A stretch of DNA of 63,801 nt, filler included, from Chiloscyllium plagiosum (taxonomy: Eukaryota): NCBI RefSeq assembly GCF_004010195.1. It is 7 parts of one record of this genome, joined end to end, with 100 filler letters (N's around TTAATTAATTAA, not from the genome) between each part and the next. Parts side by side here need not be neighbours in the genome. Positions count along the whole stretch, not along the records: positions 20,772 to 33,399 come from NC_057717.1; positions 33,500 to 41,813 come from NC_057717.1; 5 more parts are not named here. One strand, 5' to 3'. The notes under the pieces were generated by a model that saw only the letters and a list, made by a program, of their open reading frames with translations, did no database searches and had not been told where the DNA came from. Below, piece by piece: positions 24,484-36,640 of this stretch. Both the position numbers and the translations under genes were made by a program. Position 1 is the stretch's first letter; the number at the start of each line of letters is the position of its first letter.

Positions 24484-25403
24484 CGAACACGATGACTATT
24501 TTAATTCTTTTACGAAGAAACTGTGGTCTTTCCAAATGCATCACTGCTTATATCGTGGCCATGGCAACATCGGATCTATTGGTCATCATCAATAATGTTG
24601 TAGTTTATCGCATTTTCAGTTATCACTTTCCATTTTCATTCTTCTCCCTAACACCTGTTTGCAACCTCATTATATACATGACTGCCATCAGTCTCGATTT
24701 AACTGTTTGGTTCACTGTGTCCTTCACATTTGACAGATTTGTGATGTTCAGCTGCCATAGATTTAAAACATTATATTGTACCGAAAGAACTGCAACTACG
24801 GTATTAATAATCATTTCGGTCTTGACTTTGTCAAATAATATTCCAGTTTTGTTTGCATATGAGCCAGAGGAAATCATTGATGGAATCCAATGGGGCTGCC
24901 GATCAAGCGTAGCATCATCTGCATGGGGAGCGTTGGTCTGGATTTATAGTGCCTGGCTTGGTTGGCTTCCATTTCTCTTAATTTTCTCGTTTAATTCTTT
25001 AACTATCCACTGTATTGTGATGGCGAATCGAACTCGGATTAGGCTCCGTGGTCACAGAAATAGGAATGAAAGCAGTGCAGAGACGGAGAACCGGAGGAAG
25101 TCCATCGTTATATTATTTTCGGTATCCATCAGTTTCATGTTACTTTGGTTGACATATTCTGCTATTTTGGTCATTACCAGACTGGCAAACTCTAATCATG
25201 ACAGAGGTGACTTTAACGACCCTAAATATATCGCAACTGAAACAGGAAATATCCTCAAGTTGTTGAGTTGTTTCTTGAATCCCTGTATTTATGCCACATC
25301 TCAGAAAAAATTCAGAGAAGAACTAAAGAATGCAATTCAATCGCTGTTGAAACAAACTGTCAGAGTATTTATAAAAAACGTGGACAAGAGCAATATATTT
25401 TAG
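24484..25403 (+). CDS. Probable G protein-coupled receptor 139-like (GPR139/GPR142 group), coding exon 2
   Basis: Acceptor tttattacag|CG with upstream ctgac branch-like site; joins exon 1 in frame (G+CG=Ala) giving 329 aa; 7TM pattern with TM2 AMATSDL, TM3 FTFDRF, ECL2 WGC, TM6 SFMLLW, TM7 NPCIY, helix 8 KKFREE; no stops or frameshifts. Confidence 0.9.
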
Positions 25404-25965
25404 CAGAATCTCTTTGTAGCTGAGGCTAGATTTCACCCTGTTTTCCTTAATTCCCCGGGTTGTTANNNNNNNNNNNNNNNNNNNNNNNNNNNNNNNNNNN
25501 NNNNNNNNNNNNNNNNNNNNNNNNNNNNNNNNNNNNNNNNNNNNNNNNNNNNNNNNNNNNNNNNNNNNNNNNNNNNNNNNNNNNNNNNNNNNNNNNNNNN
25601 NNNNNNNNNNNNNNNNNNNNNNNNNNNNNNNNNNNNNNNNNNNNNNNNNNNNNNNNNNNNNNNNNNNNNNNNNNNNNNNNNNNNNNNNNNNNNNNNNNNN
25701 NNNNNNNNNNNNNNNNNNNNNNNNNNNNNNNNNNNNNNNNNNNNNNNNNNNNNNNNNNNNNNNNNNNNNNNNNNNNNNNNNNNNNNNNNNNNNNNNNNNN
25801 NNNNNNNNNNNNNNNNNNNNNNNNNNNNNNNNNNNNNNNNNNNNNNNNNNNNNNNNNNNNNNNNNNNNNNNNNNNNNNNNNNNNNNNNNNNNNNNNNNNN
25901 NNNNNNNNNNNNNNNNNNNNNNNNNNNNNNNNNNNNNNNNNNNNNNNNNNNNNNNNNNNNNNNNN

Positions 25966-28900
25966 CTCTCCCCTACCACTCACTCTCTATCCCGACCTTT
26001 CTCTCTCTCCATTGCCTCTGTTTATTTCTCCCCCTCTCTCTGCCTTTCTCATCTCTCTCGCTCTGTCTTTATCTTCCACTCCCTGTCTAGCTCTCTCTTC
26101 CCTCCCACTCTCTCATCCATCTCCCTGTCTCTCCCCCTCACTCTCATCTCCACTACCTTCGTTCTCTTTCTCTCTCTCTCCCTCTTCCTCTCTCTAGCCT
26201 CCGTTTCTGTCCACTGTCTCTCTCTTCCACCTCTCTCGTTCTCTCCTTTGTCCCGCCCCACCTCCCTTGCCCCTCCTTCTTCTGTCCCTTCCCATCCCTT
26301 TTCCTCTCTCACCCCTCCTTCGCTATCTCTACCCCCCTCTATCTATTCACCCTCACTCTCTCCCCCTCCCTCTCTCGCCCCCACCCCTCGGTCTGACTCT
26401 CACTCCAGCTCGCTACCACCATTCATCTCTCTCTGTCTATCCCCTCTATCTCTCTCTTCCGCCAAACTATCACTGTCTCTCCCCGACCACACTCTCCGTT
26501 GCCTCTCACTCTCTTTTCCACGCCACACACTCTATCGCCAAACCTCTTATTTCCTCCTCTCTCACTTGCATCTGACTTGGTGTCTCCAGATCACCCTCTC
26601 CCTATCTCCCTCACCCTTTCTCTCTAAACCCCTCCTCACTCTGTCTATCTCTCTCTCTCAAACCTCTCTCTCTGTCAGACTCTCTCCATCCTCTCTGAAA
26701 CATCCCCCCTCCAGCTATCCTGCTCTCCCCATTCTCTTCCCACTTCCCTGAGTTTCTCACTCCCCTATCTCTCTCTCTCTTTTTCTGTATCACCACACTG
26801 TATCTCTCTGTCTGCACCATCGTTCTCTATCTTTCCCTCTCCCCTACCATTTCTCTCCCTTTCAACCCTGCCTCTGCACCCCTCTCATTCGCCCACTAGG
26901 TCTTGCCTCTCTCTCGCTCTCTCCCCACTGCCCAATCTCTTTTGCTTCCTTCCCTCTCACTCTCCATTACCCAATCCCTTTCCCCTCCTCCACATCCATC
27001 TCTCCCGTCCTCTGTCTTTCTTCTCCCACTTTCACCTTCTCTGTACCAGGAACCTCCCACTCACTCAAACCCTCCCTCTAACACTCCCTTCCATCTCATT
27101 CCCCCTTCCTCACTCTGACTCTCCCGAAAATCTGTCACTCCCCTCAAGCTCACACCTCACCATTTCTCCATCACTTTCCGAAATTTCTTTCCCTCCTCTT
27201 TCTCTCTGTATCGCTTCTCCCTCTTTCGCGCTCACTTCCCCTCTCCTTTTAACTCCCTCCTCCATCTACCTTTGCTCCCCCTCTCTCCCCATTCTCCCTT
27301 ACTCCCCACTTTCTCTCCCCCTCCCACACTATTTTCCCTCCATCTCTGCCGCTCTCTCTTTCCCTCTCACTTTCCTCCCTTTCCATTTCTCTTCCNNNNN
27401 NNNNNNNNNNNNNNNNNNNNNNNNNNNNNNNNNNNNNNNNNNNNNNNNNNNNNNNNNNNNNNNNNNNNNNNNNNNNNNNNNNNNNNNNNNNNNNNNNNNN
27501 NNNNNNNNNNNNNNNNNNNNNNNNNNNNNNNNNNNNNNNNNNNNNNNNNNNNNNNNNNNNNNNNNNNNNNNNNNNNNNNNNNNNNNNNNNNNNNNNNNNN
27601 NNNNNNNNNNNNNNNNNNNNNNNNNNNNNNNNNNNNNNNNNNNNNNNNNNNNNNNNNNNNNNNNNNNNNNNNNNNNNNNNNNNNNNNNNNNNNNNNNNNN
27701 NNNNNNNNNNNNNNNNNNNNNNNNNNNNNNNNNNNNNNNNNNNNNNNNNNNNNNNNNNNNNNNNNNNNNNNNNNNNNNNNNNNNNNNNNNNNNNNNNNNN
27801 NNNNNNNNNNNNNNNNNNNNNNNNNNNNNNNNNNNNNNNNNNNNNNNNNNNNNNNNNNNNNNNNNNNNNNNNNNNNNNNNNNNNNNNNNNNNNNNNNNNN
27901 NNNNNNNNNNNNNNNNNNNNNNNNNNNNNNNNNNNNNNNNNNNNNNNNNNNNNNNNNNNNNNNNNNNNNNNNNNNNNNNNNNNNNNNNNNNNNNNNNNNN
28001 NNNNNNNNNNNNNNNNNNNNNNNNNNNNNNNNNNNNNNNNNNNNNNNNNNNNNNNNNNNNNNNNNNNNNNNNNNNNNNNNNNNNNNNNNNNNNNNNNNNN
28101 NNNNCACTCACTCTCTCTCTCTCTCTCCATTTCTTTCTCTCTATGTCCCACCTCTCCTCCTTCTCTGTCAGCTACCGGTCATGTTCCTTAACCGCTCCCC
28201 TTCCGCTCTCTTCCCTTCTCACTCTTCCCTCTCTCCCTCTCTTCCCCTGCTCTCTGTCTCTCACCGCTGCTGTCGCCCTTTCTCTGCCTCCCTCTCACTC
28301 TGTCACCGTTCAATCTCTCCCTCTCTCTTCTGCATCCACCTTTCTGCTCCCTTTATTACGTTCCCTGGTGTCTCCACAATTCTATCTTTCTCACTCCCCA
28401 CCTGCCTCACTCTCTCAATCCATGCGTCTCTCTCTCTCTATCTCGCCTCTCTCTGTCCCTCCCCAACATCCTCTCCTTATCACGTTCTCTCACTCCCCAC
28501 CTGCCTCACTCTCTCAATCCATGCGTCTCTCTCTCTATCTCGCCTCTCTCTGTCCCTCCCCAACATCCTCTCCTTATCACGTTCTCCCTGTCTCTCAGTC
28601 TGTCTCGCAATCCCCTTCCTCTCTTCTTTCCTCTCTCTCATAATCTCCTCCTTCGCACTCTCCTCCCTCCCTCCGTCTCTCTGTCTGCCCCTCCTCATCT
28701 CTCTATCTCCCTTCCATCTCTCTCTCTATCGGTCTCCACTTCCCTGTGCTTTATCTCCCTCGCACTCTCTCTCTCCCCTATTTCTTTCTATCTCCCCTTT
28801 GCTATCTCTCTCTCCTCTGCAGCATATATTTTGCTCCCACCTCTCTCTCCTCTCCCTCTCTCTCTCTACCCCTCGCTTCCGTTTGTCTCTCACTCTCTGT

Positions 28901-31900
28901 TTACACCCCCTCTCGCTCCCCTCTCACCCCCACACCTACCTATCTTTCTCCTCCTCATAAGTGTCTCTCTCTCTCCTTCTGTCTCTGAGTCTCCCTCTCC
29001 CCATTTCACCCACCCCCAGTTCACGAGTTCCTCTCACCACCCAAACTCTCTCTCAAAACCTAGTATCTCTCCACCTTCCTCCCTATCTCTGCCACTCAAT
29101 TCCCTTTCCTTCTCTCTCCCACCCCATTCTTTGTCTCTACTGTTTCCTCTCTTCATGCACTACCCCACTCTCTCTTCCTTTTTCCTCACTCTCACTTTTG
29201 TCCTCCTAGTCACTCTCACCTTCCCTCTCTTCCACATCCAGTCTCTCTCCCCATTCCTCTCTCCACCCACTCTCTTCCTGTTGTCTCTCATCCCTCCCTG
29301 ACCCTCTCTGCCCCCTCCTTCACTCTCCTTCCGCCGCTCCCGTCCCTGTCCCTCTCCCCTTGTTCTCTCTTCACCCGTTTTCTCTGTCTCCCCTACCTTC
29401 TCTACCCTCATTTCCCTCTCTCTCCACTTCTTTTTTCTTTAAACCTCCCCCTTCCCCTTCTCTCCCGCCCATCTCCTCCCCTGACCCTGTCGAATCCCTC
29501 TCTGCCTCGCTTCCCCTCTCTCTCCTTCCTCGTCTCTTTCTCTCTCTCTTCCTCCCGCCTCCCTCTCTGTCTTTCGCCCTTTCCTCTCTCCCATCCTTTC
29601 ACTTGCTCACACCATCATTCCCTCTCTCCCTCTCACCGTCTCTATGCTGTCTTTCTCTCTCTCCCTCTCCCCACCTCTCTGTTTTCCCGCATTGCCCCCT
29701 CTCTCGCTGGTTCTCTTCGTCTCTGTCTCTGAATACTTCACACACCTCCACCCTCTATCACGCTTTCTCCCACCTCCCTCTCTCTGACACCCTCCCTTTC
29801 TCTCTGGACACTTCCTCACTTTCTCTCTCTTTCTCGTTCCCTCCAACTCTCGATTTCTCTCTCCCCATTTACCTCTTTGTCTCCCCGAACACCCTCACAC
29901 ATAACTCCCCTCCCTCCCTCGGCATCTTACCGTCATCCCCATTCAGTGTCGCCCCTCTGTCTTTCGGCCACATTCTCTCTCCAGCCGTCTCTCCCACTCC
30001 TTTCTGTCTCTCCCCACTTCCCTGTGCCCCTCTCTCTCTAACCCACCCCCATTTCTCTCTCGCTTCCCACTCTCTCACCGGCGTGGCCTCCCTCTCTTCC
30101 TCCCCCTCCTCTTCGTTCTCACACCCCTCATTCTCAAGATCTCCCCCTTTGACGCTCTTTACCTCCCCTCACTCTCTGGCTCTCTGACCCCTGTCTCTCT
30201 CACTGCCTCTCTGTACATATGTTTCTTTCCCTTCTTCTCTTTCTGCCTCTCTCTCTCTCCACCACTTGGTCTCTCTCCGCAGTGCCTCGATTTACACCCT
30301 CTCCCTCCCTCCACTCGTTCACTGTCTACCACCTCCCTCATTCTCTCCCATCCATTTCTCTCTCTTTCGACCCTCACGCCTCTCACCCCATCACTGTCTC
30401 TATGCCCACCTCCCTCACTCTCTATCTTCCCCACTCTCTAATTCCCCATCACACTCTCACTCCTCTCTCTTTCGCTGTCTCGTCCCTCAACCTACCTCCC
30501 TCTTTCTGACCACGCTCTCCCACTGTCTCTCCCATCCTCTCACCCTATCTTGCCCAGCCCACACTCTCTGACTCTCCCACCTTTCCTACATCTCACCGCT
30601 CTAGCTCCTGCTCTATCTCTGTCTCAACCAGCCTCCTGCTCTCTCTGTCCGCCTTTCACTCCTGGTATTGCCTTCATACTCTCCCCCACTCTCTCTATCT
30701 CTCTCCCCCCTCCCTCTCTCCTCCCCTCCTCTATCTCTCCCCACTGCGCTCTCTCTCCATCTCTACCCCACGCTCTCCCTCCCTATCTTCCCATACCCTC
30801 TATGTGTCCCTGCCTTTCTTGCCCGTGCTTTTTCTCCGCCCTCTCTCCATCTCTCTCTCTCTCTCACTCCCATATCACTCTTTCTCTCTTTGGTTAACCT
30901 CTCGCTCTCCCTCTCCATCTTTCCCAGCCCTTCTTCTTTCTGTCTTTCTCCTCTCTCCCTCTCGCTTCCTCACATCCCCTCTCCCTCTCACCTTCTCCTG
31001 TCTCTCCTTCCATCCCGCTCTCCCCAACCCCCACACTCTCTCACAATGAGTCCCGCCCGCTCTCTTCCTCAATCGCCTTCTTAACTGTCTTTCCCCATCC
31101 TGCCCTCTCTCCTAAACCACCACACACCTTCTCTATCCCCACTATCGCCTCCCTATCTTCACTCACTCTCTCCCAATCTCTCTCCCCGCACTCTCTACAT
31201 CCCCTCGCTTCACTCCTTCCCCCCACACAGTCTCTCTTGAACTCTCTCTGCCACCATCTCTCGCTTCCCCTCTCTCGCTCCCCCTCACGCTCACGACACC
31301 CTTCTCTCTCCCCTTCGCTCTCTCTCCCTATTCCTCTTTCCGCCACCTACCCGTTCTCCCCTTCACTCTTTTCTCTCGTTCTACTCACTCTCTTCGATTT
31401 CCCTATCTCTCTCTCACCCTCGCTCTCCACCACTTGGTCTCTCTCACCTCATACATTCTCTCCCCTAATCTCTCTACACGCCGTCTCTTCACCACTCTCC
31501 CTCCAATGTTCACTCTCACTCTTACCTCACTCTCACTCACTTCACACTCTTTTGCTGTCTCTGTCTTCCTCTCCCTGTCTGTCTTTCGCTTTCTCCACTC
31601 CTCCCCTCCCATTCTCCTTTGTACTCTCTCCCCAATCTCTCTCAATTCCCAATCTCTCGCGCGCGCCTGCCCTTATTCTCTCCCGCTTCCCTCTCTCTCC
31701 CTGTCTCTCTCCCTCCTCACTTCCTCCCTCTCTACAACAATCTGACTCGCTCCAACCTATCCACACTCTCTCCCGCTCCATCTCTTCCCTTGTCTCCCCA
31801 CGTATCTCTCACACTCCCTCTCTCTCTTCGACCCTTCATCTCTCTTTCTGTACCCACCAATTTTCCTTCTTGTGCCTCTCTAATTCTCTCCCTTGTACCC

Positions 31901-33399
31901 ATCCATTTCCTCTCTCTCCCTCCACCTCACTCCCTCCTCATTTCTCTCTGTGTTCCTCACGCTTCCGTCTCTCGCTCTCTTTCTCAATCTATTTCATTCA
32001 CGCTACTTTCCCTCCCCTCCGTCTCTGTCTCCCACCACCGCCCGCTCTCCATTTCTCTCCCTCTCCACCTCCGTTTCCATTTTTCTCAGTCACCCCTCCC
32101 TCTCTCACTGTCTCTCCCTCTAATCCTGACCCTCTCACTTTCTCTCCTCCATCTCTTTCTCTCTCCATCCCTGTCTCTTTCTCCTCTCTATCCCTCTCCC
32201 TATATCCTCCTTTCCGTGTCTCTCCCCGCCCCTTCACCCCTCTCCCTTTGTCTTACAGCTCTCTTTCCACCTTCTCTCCCTCCCCATCGCTCTTTGTCTC
32301 TCACCTCCTCCTCCTCTCTAACCAAACTCCCTCCATCTCCACCTCTCTCCCTGTCTCTATCTATCTCTCTTCCCGCTGTGTCTCTCTATCTCCTCTCCCT
32401 CTCTTTCTCACCATCCCTCTTTCTCTCCCCCTCACGATTGCCCTTTCTCCTCTGCTGCCGCACGTTCACTTCCCTCCATCTCTCCATCCTCTCTCTCTCC
32501 CCTTCTCTCCCTCATGCCTCCCTTCCTTCACTCTCTCCCGTTCCTTCTCTCGCTGCACACCATCCCTTTTTCTTCCCTCCTCCCTCTCTCTCCACCCCTC
32601 ATCCTCGCCCTTTCACGCTCACCCGCTTCCTTTCTCTGCCCCATTCTTTTTCTAGACCTGTTCCACTCTCTCCCTCCGTTCTGTCTCTCCCCACCTCCTT
32701 GTCTCTCTCTCTCTCTCTACCCTCTCCCTATCCTCTCCCCAATTTCTGTCTATCCGTCTCCACTCCATCTCCACGCCTCTCTCTCTTCCTCCCTGTCCCC
32801 ATACCTCTCACATCCATCACTGTCCCGCTCTCCCCTTTGTCTCTCTTTACCTCCCCCTCACTCTCTGTCAATTGGCCCTACCACTGTCTCTCTTACACCC
32901 TCTCCCTCCGTCTGTTTCCTTCCCTTCTTCTCTTTCTCTCTCTCCACCCCATTTTTCCTGTCTCGGTCCCCCACCTCTTAATCTCACTCCCCATACGCCT
33001 CTCTTTCTCCACCACGAAGGCTCTCTCCGCACTGCCTCTCTCTCCAACCATCTCTCTCCATTCGCTCATTCACTCCCACATCCCTCATTCTCTCCCCCTC
33101 ACTTGTTCTCTCTCTGGGCCCTCACGCTCTTTCTACCACTCACCAAGCCTCCTTCTCTCACACACTTTCCCTCCTTTTCTCTTCTGCACCCTCCTTCTCT
33201 CTCTGACGTCTCCCTCTTTCTCACCACTTCTCTCTCGCATCTCTCTCTCTCATTCTCCGCTGCCGTATCCCTCTCTCCCTCCTCCCACTCACCCTTTCTC
33301 GCCTCCATCTCTCGCTTTCCCCTCTCTCTGTCCCCAATCATTCCCTCTTTCTCTACCACCTCACTCTCTCAATCTCTCTATCTTCGAGTCCCACTTTAA
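25966..33399 (+). repeat. Long CT-rich low-complexity (polypyrimidine/polypurine) tract
   Basis: Strong C/T bias on the + strand over ~7 kb with an internal N gap; ~98-bp internal tandem duplication at 28391-28586. Confidence 0.95.
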
Positions 33400-33574
33400 N
33401 NNNNNNNNNNNNNNNNNNNNNNNNNNNNNNNNNNNNNNNNNNNTTAATTAATTAANNNNNNNNNNNNNNNNNNNNNNNNNNNNNNNNNNNNNNNNNNNNG
33501 AGTGCTGGGTCAAACAATTGTGCAGGAAGAAAGGGTTTTGATTCATGTTGCACTGGGATATACAAACTGTGAGC

Positions 33575-33785
33575 AGGCGAAGTGATGGCCTAGTGGCATT
33601 ATTGTGTGACAATTTATCCAGAAACTCAGCAAGTGATCTCTGGACACAGATCCAAATCCCACCATTTGAAATGATTGAATGTGAAGTAAATGCTTCAAAA
33701 ACGATGTAATTAAAACCTGTAAGTGAATATTAAACAATTGCTGATGCTAAGAAAAATCCATCGGGTGCATTCCTGTCGTTAGTGA
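33575..33785 (+). mobile_element. Degenerate tRNA-derived SINE (5' part)
   Basis: tggcctagtgg A-box-like start; body resembles the element at 60525-60785. Confidence 0.45.
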
Positions 33786-33789
33786 AGTA

Positions 33790-34030
33790 ATCTAAGGTGG
33801 GACTGGGATATCACAGGCATTACAGAAACACAGCTGAGGGAGTGAAAGGACAGGCAGCTCAATGTTCCAGGGGACAGATGCTGCAGGAAGGACAGAAGGG
33901 GAGCTGAGAGAGGAGGAGAGCTGCTGGTTCTGACTGGGTGAAACATCCCAGCAGGACTGAGAGAGGATATTCCTGCGGGACCGCCCAGTGAAGCTGTGTT
34001 TGTGGAATTAATCAATAACAATGGGTCTTC
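33790..34030 (+). mobile_element. CR1 endonuclease-domain fragment
   Basis: tgggactgggatatcacaggcattacagaaacacagctgaggga..., similar to 38310-38530. Confidence 0.6.
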
Positions 34031-34059
34031 CCTTTCCTCTGATTGTTCTACAGATCCCG

Positions 34060-34460
34060 AGAGCCCCGTCCTCCTGCACCTTGACCTTCTCAAGATGGCG
34101 GCCCTGAGCGCTCCCTCTTCCCTCAAACAAATGGCGGCCGTGAACCTGAGCCGCTTCCTTGATCAGAGACCGCCACCTCCTTACCCGGGCCTGGAGGGTC
34201 TTTGTCGATTTGTTTTTAACCTGTATCCGGGACTTGTGAAATCTCTCCGCTCCTTTCTCCCAGCGAGGCTCCCACACACCGGCTCTGAACGCCGCTCTCT
34301 GAAGCCGATCGCAGCCGCTGCTGGAGAAAGCAGCTCCTTGTCTCTCCCTGTCTCTCTCCTGATCAATGTGACACTGCGCATGCTCTGCATAGAAACCAAA
34401 CTGCGCGTGCGTCTGAGGTTACCGGTGAGTTTATAGAGAATATTCACATCTGCGCAGGAT
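34060..34460. promoter_or_regulatory. CpG-rich promoter-like region with YY1 and NRF1-like motifs and putative non-coding first exon(s)
   Basis: CAAGATGGCGGC (34091), CAAATGGCGGC (34128), TGCGCATGC (34375), TGCGCGTGCG (34402); minus-strand donor CGG|GTAAGG at ~34184 and plus-strand CCG|GTGAGT at ~34425. Confidence 0.5.
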
Positions 34461-34640
34461 CATGGGTGAAATACTAGTCATTAAGAATTGCTCTGTAGAG
34501 TTACAGTCATTGAGCTGCTAACTATGTAAATAGATTGTTCGGTTCAACTTAACCATACCGGCCAGGTATGTAAATTACCAATCGTTCTGGGAGTTTGAAT
34601 ATAAGTTTCTGACTCGAGTTGTGTAAACCGACCTGTGAAT

Positions 34641-34770
34641 TCTTCCTGAAGAAGGGCTTATGCCCGAAACGTCGATTCTCCTGTTCCCTGGATGCTGCCT
34701 GACCTGCTGCGCTTTTCCAGCAACACATTTTCAGCTCTGACTCCAGCATCTGCAGACCTCACTTTCTCCT
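34641..34770 (+). mobile_element. Solo family A PLE 3' end with intact hammerhead motif (34642-34677)
   Basis: CUGAAGAAGGGCUUAUGCCCGAAACGUC; flanked by direct repeat cctgtgaatt. Confidence 0.8.
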
Positions 34771-35926
34771 GTGAATTATTCACGCCGACCTGTGAATTAT
34801 TCTCAGCTCGTCTCCCTACACTATTGCAAAATCACCTATGTGTTTATCTAAGGATTGTTTAAATCTCCCTAATATACGTTATCAGATTTACATCTCAACT
34901 ATTTCTTAAAATCTCACATTGATTTGTGAGAAAGGTTGAATACTCCACTATGTAGTGAGAACGATCAATCCTGCAAAACAGTTTGCTTTCTGACCAATCC
35001 TGAAGCGTTCACTCCCGAGAATGCTTTGGCCCCGCTTCTCACTCACTCTGGTTGGAGGTCCGGCCGCTGCTTGGTCCTCCAGTTCCGCCCCTTCCTCCCA
35101 TTTGCAGAGTTGATTCGGGCGTGACTCAGCAGCTAAGCACCAGAAACATTNNNNNNNNNNNNNNNNNNNNNNNNNNNNNNNNNNNNNNNNNNNNNNNNNN
35201 NNNNNNNNNNNNNNNNNNNNNNNNNNNNNNNNNNNNNNNNNNNNNNNNNNNNNNNNNNNNNNNNNNNNNNNNNNNNNNNNNNNNNNNNNNNNNNNNNNNN
35301 NNNNNNNNNNNNNNNNNNNNNNNNNNNNNNNNNNNNNNNNNNNNNNNNNNNNNNNNNNNNNNNNNNNNNNNNNNNNNNNNNNNNNNNNNNNNNNNNNNNN
35401 NNNNNNNNNNNNNNNNNNNNNNNNNNNNNNNNNNNNNNNNNNNNNNNNNNNNNNNNNNNNNNNNNNNNNNNNNNNNNNNNNNNNNNNNNNNNNNNNNNNN
35501 NNNNNNNNNNNNNNNNNNNNNNNNNNNNNNNNNNNNNNNNNNNNNNNNNNNNNNNNNNNNNNNNNNNNNNNNNNNNNNNNNNNNNNNNNNNNNNNNNNNN
35601 NNNNNNNNNNNNNNNNNNNNNNNNNNNNNNNNNNNNNNNNNNNNNNNNNNNNNNNNNNNNNNNNNNNNNNNNNNNNNNNNNNNNNNNNNNNNNNNNNNNN
35701 NNNNNNNNNNNNNNNNNNNNNNNNNNNNNNNGAGGATTAGACAGAGCAGAGGGTGTTACAGTGATTGAGGGAGTTGTAGGGGATGGAACAGGTTGTCTGG
35801 GGAGCTAGGCAGGCCTGCAGTAACTAAAGAACGTTACTGGAGCGAGAGTTGCAGACACTGAAGAAGGCAAAGGAAATAGAGAGGTGGTGGCTTGTTCATG
35901 ACGGAGCTTTGTAGAGTCTAAAGGGC

Positions 35927-36640
35927 TTCAAAGTTTGTGAGAAGATTTGTAGCTCGGGTGCTCATTGTAGTGGTTCTGTTCGCAGAGTTGGGAATTTGTG
36001 TTGCAGACGTTTCGTCCCCTGTCTAGGTGACATCCTCAGGGAGCCTCCTGTGAAGCCCTTCTGTGATGTTTCCTCTGGCAACTATAGTGATTTGTCTCTG
36101 CCGCTTCCGGTTGTCAGTTCAGCTGTCCGTTGCAGTTGCCGGTATATTGGGTCCAGGTCGATGTGCTTATTGATTGAAACTGTGGATGAGTGCCATGCTT
36201 CGAGGAATTCCCTGGCTGTTCTCTGTTTGGCTTGTCCGATAATGGTAGTGTTGTCCCAGTCGAACTCACGTTGCTTGTCATCTGCTTGTGTGGCTACTAA
36301 GGATAGATGGTCGTGTCGTTTCGTGGCTAGTTGGTGTTCATGGATGCGGATCGTTAGCTGTCTTCCTGTTTGTCCTATGTAGTGTTTTGTGCAGTCCTTG
36401 CATGGGATTTTGTACACTACATTGGTTTTGCTCATGCTGGGTATCGATTCCTTTGTCCTGGTGAGTTGTTGTCTGAGAGTGGCTGTTGGTTTGTGTGCTG
36501 TTATGAGTCCTAGTGGTCGCAGTAGTCTGGCTGTCAGTTCGGAAATGTTCTTGATGTATTCCAATATGGCTCGTCCTTTGGGTTGTGGCATGTCTTCATT
36601 CCGTTGTCTTTTCCTGAGGCATCTGTGGATGAGATTGCGT
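35927..36640 (-). mobile_element. Poseidon-type PLE: GIY-YIG endonuclease and 3' pLTR
   Basis: ORF 36082-36591(-) NVVYKIPCKDCTKHYIGQTGRQLTIRIHEH..AREFLEAWHS; hammerhead core at 36003-36040(-). Confidence 0.9.

Noticed and set aside
27272..33451. Long Ser/Leu/Pro-rich and Arg/Glu/Gly-rich ORFs (up to 610 aa)
   Set aside because: Artefacts of CT-rich low complexity, which rarely contains stop codons, and of N runs
33996..34436. 146-aa ORF containing KMAA twice
   Set aside because: No recognisable domain; KMAA/QMAA reflect YY1 motifs and the ORF begins in a CR1 fragment
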